Part shown: positions 36,301-45,300 of the stretch, one piece after another
Layout of the letters: each line of letters begins with the position of its first letter
Position numbering within the stretch: the first letter of the stretch is position 1
Virus record (IMG/VR): IMGVR_UViG_3300027668_000013
Coordinates: 1 to 64,000 of that record
Strand: one strand, 5' to 3'
Source of the DNA: a virus
DNA length: 64,000 nt
Notes under the pieces: generated by a model
Database searches by the model: none
The model's input: the letters and a program-made list of their open reading frames with translations, nothing else
Told to the model about the DNA's origin: nothing
Translations under genes and position numbers: made by a program

Positions 36301-39300
36301 TATAATCAAGAACCATATTATTAACAGCATCTGTTTCAGTTGCGTTTTCATTTTGATAATGATTTAAAACGGTAGAATCTATACCAATTATTGTTAATCC
36401 TCCTTCTGGATTTTCTTTTATAATATTATTATCTTTTAAAGTCTGTACAGCTTTTTCGTGTTGTAATTCTATAGTTTCTTTAATATGGTTTTTAACTTTT
36501 ATTACAACTTTTTCGTCAGAAATATTTACCACACCTTTACTATCAAACAAACCTATTTCTTTTGCCAAGGTAGTTCCAAATGATAATTCTGGAAACCAGA
36601 AAAACTTTTTACTTCCTTCGTTATCAAAATATTCGTTTCCGGTTTTATTTTTTTTGTTTCGAGCGTTTGAATATCTATCTACTTCTGCAGTAAAATATTG
36701 AAACATATCCTCTACGGCCTTATGATCGGCATTACCGTTTTTATCTACATTAATTAATTGTCCATTTTGAGCAACCCTATATTGATCCATTGGGAGCCCA
36801 GTAAACATAAAGTGAGAACTTTTATCTGCAAGTGTAAGTGGAGAAAATACAGAACCATTTTTATTTCTAACTCCATTTAAAACTTTGTTCATACTATCAA
36901 GTTGCATATCAACAGTGGTCATGTTCTTAAACGCTGTACCAGGATCTGATGAGTCGTTCTCAACTCTGTTTGATAAATAAACTTGTACTGCAAATTCTTC
37001 TAATCTTTGCTTACTTTGAGAACTTAATTCTTGAGGTTCTAAACTATTAAAGTCATACTCATCTCCAAGTAAGAACTTAATCCATTTTGAAGACTGATGA
37101 TATTTACCACTATTAAGTAATTTACTTAAAGATGTATGGTCTTGTTTCCACTGATTAACATTTTTACTAATAAAGTTGTTTAATGACTTAGTCCAGTACA
37201 AGTTATTCTCTGGTCCTAAAACCATATTTTCAAGAGTGTCTTTTTTACGGTATCCTTCAATTGATGCAAAAGTTTGGAAAATAGAATTTTCAGTAATAAA
37301 GTCTGAATTTTCATCTGTATCAAAATCATAATCTTTACTAATCATTTTTTCTAAAGTCAAAGACTTATTGTTTCTTGCGTAAGAAGAACCTGACTTTATA
37401 ATCTTTCCGTTTGCGTCTTTTACTTGTGTAGTTCCAGGCTCAAGAAAAGGGAATATCATTTTCTTTAAAAAAGAGTTTCTAAACTTACTCGCTTCTGAAG
37501 CATTAGTTACTTTTTCATAGACTCCAGGGACAACTTGTTCTGTAAGTTGACTACCCATTACATATGATTGTAATGATTCTGGTGAAACTTCGATACCTAA
37601 TGTATCAAGAGCATCTGAAATAGTAATGTAATAACTAAAGTCAAATTTTCCTTCGTTTCTTTTGTTAAAACCTTTTAAGTCATCATTAAGTTCTATAGCA
37701 ATAGATCTAAATGTTTCAACAACTTCAGATAATTTTTTTCTTGCACGTACTTCAGTAGCCGTGTCTGGTTTGAAATCACCATTTTCAATAAATTTATACC
37801 TGAAGTTTTCACTAAACTGGTTTCTTAATAATTTAGCATGTGATTGTTGATCTGCATTTCCTATTTTATAATTATACTCCTCCCCTTCGACTATAACCCC
37901 AGTGTGATTGTACGTAATTTTTTGTTTAGAAAACGCTCTATAAAATTGAACCTTTTTAAATAAAGGAACAACGTCATCAGGAGCTTCCAATTGACTTATC
38001 AGTTCATTAAACTCTGGATGAGTTACTGCTAAACTTTTTATTTTGTTTAACATTTTATCAACTTGATCTCCGTTAGAATCTTCAACAATGTTAGCAAGAC
38101 TGTCTTCTAACATTCTCCAAGACACTTCAAACGGAGCAAGTTTTTTAAACTTACCTCCAAAGTTTTTAGAAGTTGTATTTGGATCAGCTAACATCTTTAC
38201 CATAAATCTGGTATTGTGTGTAGCATTGTCTTTACCAGAATAAGTAAGTGCTTGTCTAATATTTAAATCTCCACTCACATCATCTTCTTGTGTCTCACCC
38301 ATTGGAGTTTCGTCTGTAATAGATTCAGAGTCTAAAAGAGCAAAGCTTTTAAGTGAGTCTTTAGATAGTTCTACAAGGTCTTTCCAGTTATCTAATTTTT
38401 TATCTGCACTATGAAGAAGTTCAAGCTGATCAAAAGTAACCCAATCATCTGTTACATCAGCTTCATCGTATGCCATGTTTATTTCATTGACAATATCTTT
38501 TCTTATTATTTCAAAAATATCATCTAAGTCTTCAAAGCCTTCTTGAACAGATAGATCCATAGATCTTATCCCAGCCATTTGAATTGCTTGATAAGTAATG
38601 TGATCAACAGCTTCGTGTATAAGATCTTGTTTTATACCACCTTTTAATCTTGAATTAATAATTCTTTTTGAATGAGCAAAAGGAGGAATGTAATCAAATC
38701 TACCTCTTCTTATTTGTGAAAATATCTTTCCTTTGTTAGTTCTAAATGCATCTACTAAGTCCATTAGTAAATCATAAATCCATTTAACAGAATTAGGAAC
38801 CTTCATTGTTCTTTTAGAAAGCATGTACTCTCTAAACTCTTCTGCTAATATCTCTTCAGCTTGAGCAGCGTTTACAGCATATTTCTTTTGTACTTTCTTA
38901 AGAAGGTTGTTTCTTTCTCTTAAAGTTAAATAACCGTCCATTACAGCATGGAAACCTTCATGGTATGCAATACCTTCGTTAGCTCCGTTAGCAATAGTAA
39001 CAACACCTTGATAAAACTGACCTTCTGCAACACCACCATAAGCACCTGCTATTAAAGTTTTAGCAACTTCAACTGGAACATGAGGTAATATTAATGCTAA
39101 GTTTTCAAGTTCTTTAGTAATGTCTGCTTCAGTTTTTCTTTTTGAGTATATTGAATATGTAGGATCATCTTTTATTTCTTTTTCTATTTCTTTTTTTCTT
39201 TCAATAGGAACAGTATTTATTAAAGTTTGTTCTTGTGGAGTAAAATCAGTAATTATTTTACCGCTAATCATATGTCTGACTAACTGTTCTGCTTTTTGAG

Positions 39301-42300
39301 TATCAGTTCCTTTATTTTTATTATTAGCAACTTCTCCATTAGCTACAATTTCTTTTTGTTTAGTAGTTAACGTTTCTACTTCTCTACGATTTCTTACTTT
39401 TTTTGTACCAGGATTAGGTTTAGCTAACCCATTTGCATTCTGATTATCAGTCTCACTCGCTACTTTACCTTTTCCTTCAAGTGAAGTAGCAATTTTTATA
39501 TCGGGTATATTTGTTGGAAACTTGTCTGTTTGATTTTCAGGATTTCCTTCTACTCTTCCATTAGCTTCTTTTTGAGTTACATTAAGAGGGTTTCCTTCTT
39601 TTTTTCCAGAAGTATTATTTTTATTTTGATAAACAGCCTTTTTCTTTGGTGCACCTTTATCTTTAAATTCATTAGGTCCTGGAGTAGTAGTATCGACATC
39701 TGCTTCTTTAGCTATTTCTGCAGCAGTTTGTTCTTTTTGTGCAGCTGCGTCTTTTTGTGCAAATGCTTTAACTGATTCTTCAAGAATGTTTTTAGTTCTA
39801 CCAAATACTTTTAGTATTGCCCCACTGTCAGTTTGAGACATGGACATCACTACACCTTTTCTATTTACTACATACTTAAACTTGTTTTCCTTTCCATTTT
39901 TATCTACATACGAATCTTCAACAACAACAGCATCTCCTTTTTTTATTTGATAGTTTGCAAATATTTTATTTCGTACTGTATTTTTTGTACCCTCTTTAAA
40001 TGCAAAAACTTCTACACCTTTATGATTTAAAATTTGAGAACCTTTAATAAAGTATCTTGATTTTTTTTGCTCTGCTTTAGGAGCATTTGGGTTCCTTATA
40101 TAAAAAACTTCATTTGAATTAGGATCTGTAATATCAGGTACTGTTTCAGATTTAGTAGAGGTATCTCTTGATGGGAGTTTTCCTCTTATTTTATAAAATT
40201 CTCGACTTGCAATAACAAAATTTATAGCGTCTTTTACAGCGTCTTTTCCTTTAAACGTTGTTTGTTTTCCATTAATTTCTACATACCAAACACTTTTTGC
40301 TCCTTTTCTAACTCCGATGTCAAATGTTTTACCAAAACTATCTACTACTTTATTTAAGTATTGTGCATCTGTTAAAGGTTTAACTTTAGTAGGAATATAA
40401 GCTACTGGTAATACTTCTTCTTCTCCTATTTTATCACCAGCATCTTCTATTTCTTTTCTAACTTTTGGATATAGTTCTGTTAGGTATTCAATAGCTTCTT
40501 TTGCAGTATAAAATGACTTTGATTTGTTACGACTTTTTACATTAAAAGTATTTTCTCTTCCCCCCTGTGTTATCGTAATCGTATTGTTCTTAGGCAAAAA
40601 CTCTTTGAAATGATTACTAAGTTCCGTAAGTTTAGAAATATCAGTTAATTCATTATCTGCATTTTCTTTTAAGTCAGAAGGTTTTACCTCATCGTTAGAT
40701 TTAGATATTTCTTCTTCTTTTTCTCTAATCTTTTTTTGAGCGTCTGTTTCAAATGAAGTTCTTTTTGTTTCTGATTTTTTGAAACCAGTAGTTTTTTTGA
40801 AAAAAGAATCTTCTCCATTTTTTAAAAGAATCTCAATAAGTCTTTTACCTGCTTCAACTCTTTTAGCAGGCATGTCTTTTGTTCCATAATTTGTAGCAAT
40901 CTCTTGTAAAGTACTAATAATACTTTCATCACCCCTTTTCTTTAAAGTAGATCTAATTTCTTCTACTAATTGTTTAGCTTCTTCATTGTTTGGAAAAACT
41001 TGTTCTTTAAGAAAAACTGTTAGTGCGTTATACGTAGTATAATTATTTGCCTTTATTCTAAGAGCATCTAATCCTAACCAAGTTTTATTATAAAAATTTT
41101 CTGAAAGAACAGGTTCTGATTTTATAGAAGGATCTGATATTGCTTTTATACCAGCAAGAGTATCATCGTAATCATAAAATTCATGAATGTCTTCTTTTGT
41201 TATTTCTTCTTTCCCAGTACCAGTTAAAAACCCCCAGTTTGATGTTTCTTTTTTACCACCAATCTTTTTCCAGTTCTTTGGTTCACTCATAATAACTGTA
41301 GGATTAACAAACAGTCTATTACTTGGGAATGTAGCATTTGTACTTAATGCTTTTTGAGAAAATTGAAAATCATTGTAATTAGTATCTGAAGGAATTTCAT
41401 CACCAAACCATGTAAATGTAGTGTTACCAACATCTGTTTGATTTAATTTTTGATTAAGAAATTTTGCATTTGTTGTTCTCCACATTACTGCAAGAGATTC
41501 TGCAATTTCTAATTGAACACTTGACTCTTGTAATTCAGAAAGTTCAACTTTCTTTTTATTTTTTCCAAAAGTTATAGAAGGGCTTGGCTTGTCTGATAGA
41601 TTTATCCAAAAAGGATATTCTGTATTTAAACTGGCTTGGCCCGTATAGATTAACAAATCCATTATATCCTTATTTCTAAGTCCTGATATATTAGATTTTC
41701 CATTAAACAAAGCAGCAGAGTCGGCACCTTCAGCATATGCTACAAGTACTTCCATGATTGCTTGTATCTCTTTATTTTCTAACTTTCTTGAGTTAAGTTT
41801 TAATGGGAAAGGTTTATTGTCAAGACTTCTTACTTTCATAAAAACAAATCCTGCAAGTCCCCCTACACTCGCTCGACCTGAGTTTTCAAGTTCTTCATCT
41901 TCTATATTCTCTTTAGTATCATACACAAGACCAACACCATCAGAGACTAATAATTTTCCTTCTCCGTTTGCTTTAGGTTTATCAAAAAACTCACTTGGAT
42001 CATTTCTTAATCCTGTTTTAGTATCAGACTTAAGTATTCCAGTTGAAACACTTTCTATTTTAGTTTCATATGTTTCACCATTTAGTAAAGCTTTTATTAT
42101 ATCTTTTCTTGCTGCAGTAACGGATTCGTACTGACCTTCAACATTTAAATCAAAAGGCAATTTAAAACGACCATAAACTTCTTTAGCTAAAACTTTTATC
42201 TTATTACCATTTCTATCATAAGCAACCATTCTAATTGGAAGGAATTGCATATCTTCTTCAGTTAAAGAATTTGGATCATTAAAGAATTTATCTATAGCTT

Positions 42301-45300
42301 TAGCTGCTTCACCTTCTCCTTTAGTAGCCCATTTTGCTTTACCGTCTGCTTTATCAACTTCAAATCTAAAGGAAGTACCTCTCTTATCTGTAATCTCACT
42401 TTCTAACCAATCAGAAATACCACTATCATCTAAATCACCAACACCATCGGAAGAAGAAACATAGGCTAAACTCCAACCATACTTCTCATTCATTCCTTTT
42501 TGCTTACTATTATGAGAATTACTTATTGGAGGATTTATTTCAGGATTAGTAACATCTGTAACTACAACATCTTTATTAGCTTTATCCGCAGCTATTTCTT
42601 GCGCTGTAGCAGCAGCTGCTACTTCTGAAGCAAGTTTACCACTGGGATCAAGATTTTCAGTTATTACTTCTGTAACAGCTTTCAATGTTTCAGAAGTAGT
42701 TTGAGTTGTTCCTTCTGGATTTGGATTACCTGGTTGAGAATTATCTGTAACACCAGTAAGGTCTACTACTGAAATACCATCAGGTACTTCTTTAGGTCCT
42801 GTTTCAGCTTCAAGATTTACTCCTGCTGCTTTAGCTAATGCATCTATTTCAGCTTGGAGAGCATCTGCTTTATTAGTAACAGCTTGCTTTAATCCATTTT
42901 CATTTACTTCTGCAACAGTTTCAGTAATGCTTAATTTATTTTCTTCCGGTACTTCAGTAGGTACTTTATTAGCTCCTGTGTTTGTTTCTGTAGGTTGTCC
43001 TTTTATAGGCCCGTCTTCTCCTTTACCAACTACAAGGGCTCCATCTCCACCACCTTCTCCTTCAATTACTTCTGTTGTATTTTCTTCTTCAAATTCAGAA
43101 TCTATATTTCCATCAACTAATGTTTCTAAATATTTATCAACTCTATATTTAAAACCATCTGCAGTTTCATGAATTTCAATCGCTTTTAATTCATTGATTG
43201 CTATATCATATCGAGCACTCATTTTTTCTCTTTGTGCAGCAACCTGTTCTTTCTTTTGTTTGTATACAGTTTTTGCAACAGCTCTTTCTGAAATAGCTTT
43301 TTTCATTTCTGCTCTTTCTAAACTATGCTCTTTACGTAAACTGGATTCAGCTTCTTTTAATCTTTTATATTCGGTAGGTGAGTACTTTATATTTATTTTT
43401 TGTTTTTCTTGTAAAGTAAGACCTTCTTTGTTCTTACGCATGTATCCGTACTTACCAATTTGCTTCTCTTGTTCAAAAGCATTAAGTTCTTGTTTAGCTT
43501 TACTGTAAGCACGACCAGTTGTAGATACTTTATCTCTTTGTTCTTTGAAGTCGTATTCGTTCTTTTCTTTCCAATCATCCCAGGCTTTAGAAGATTTAGC
43601 ATCAATTGCTATTTTCATTCTTTTTATAGCATTAATTCTTTTCTCAGATCTCATGACTTGGTCTTTGACGTCATTCATCTCATCTGTGATTTCTTTATTT
43701 GCTACATTTAATTTGTCAATTAAATCCTGTCTTTGTTTTTTACTTAACTCAACTTTACCAATCATTGCCAGATTGGTATAAACATCTTTTTCATTAAATG
43801 TTTTAGTTTCAATTTCGTTTGTTAAGTACTCATGATATTTTTTCCTAAGTAATTTTTTAGATTTTGCAGAGTTTTCAAATTCAAAAGTTTTAGACAAACC
43901 TTGATACCCAACCCAAGCACTCATTTTTTTACCTGCTGTTTCTACAAACTTTTTATAAGAATCAAGAGATTCTATTTCATTATCAGATATGTATTTTCCA
44001 AATGATTCTGAACCATCTCCTTTCTTAACTTTAACTTCTTCTTCAAGCTTCCCAATCTTCTTTTCAATTTCTGCTTCTTTAGCAATAAGTTGTTCTGCTA
44101 ATCCTATTTTTAATTCTGGATTTTTGTTAAGCTTGGATCTCATTTGATTCAATGCTACCATTTCGGCTTTAGTAGCCATTAGTTCTAATTGTAAAGGACT
44201 AACGTCTTTTCCACTAACACTTTTAACTTCTTTTATAATTGAATTTCTACTAACATCTAAATCCTTATCAATTGCCGTCATTGTTTGCTTTAACCCATCA
44301 ATTCGAGACTTTAATTTAAATAAATCATTTGCTTTAGCAGTACCATGTTTATTGTATAAGCTCATGTAATCTGAAGAGTAGCCTTCTAATTTTGATAATA
44401 AAGCAGTTGCTTTTGTTTGATCTTCAGCAGTATATCCTTCTCCACCAGCTTCAACTTCTTTTAAATGATTTTCAAGACCTTCTATCATACCCCTATTTGC
44501 GTATCTTGCAAACAAGCCTTCAAATCTTTGATTTTCTATATCCTCCATTGCTGTACCGTCTTCATCTAATACAGCATCTTTATAGGCCATCATAAGATTA
44601 CCTTCTTCTTTAAAGAATTTATCAAGATCTTCTTTTGCTTTTAGGTTTGTACCAAGCCTTCTATTTTCTATATAGTTTACGTATTCTTGTTTTTCAAGTG
44701 TGTGTTTATTTTTTCTTTCTTGATACCCTTTCATTTCAGCATCAAATTCTTTTACAGATTCATTGTACTGATCTTCTGAAACACCAGACTCATCATAAAC
44801 TTTTTTCTTTTCTCTGTAATCATCCCACTCTTTTGCTGTAACAACTTTAGATGCGTCTTCTTTACTAACTCCTTTATTAGCAGCCATGTATTTTTCAACA
44901 GGATCTAAAGGAGCGGGTCCTTCTGGAACAGATTGTTCCTTTACAATATCTCCTCTCTTAGGTCTTTCTTCTGTAAATTCTTTTGGTTTGGTAACAGGGT
45001 CTATAAGTCCTGCCGCTTCTCTTGCTTTAGTTATACTTGCTGAAAAAGCCTTTACAGTATAATGTTGAAAAGGACCTCCAATAAATCCCATAAAACCTTC
45101 AGTCAAACCTTCTTCGGAAGTTGCATAATCAGTAGCCCTACCTAAGTAAGAAGATTTATCTTTTTGTTCTAATCCAAGTTGAATAAGAGCATCTCTTGTA
45201 TTATCTTTTTGAAAGAATCCAGCAGACATTTCTTCAAATGATTCTCCTAATCCGTCTTTAAGATGGTTTCCCATTTGTTGCTTAAAGCCTTGTTTCATTC

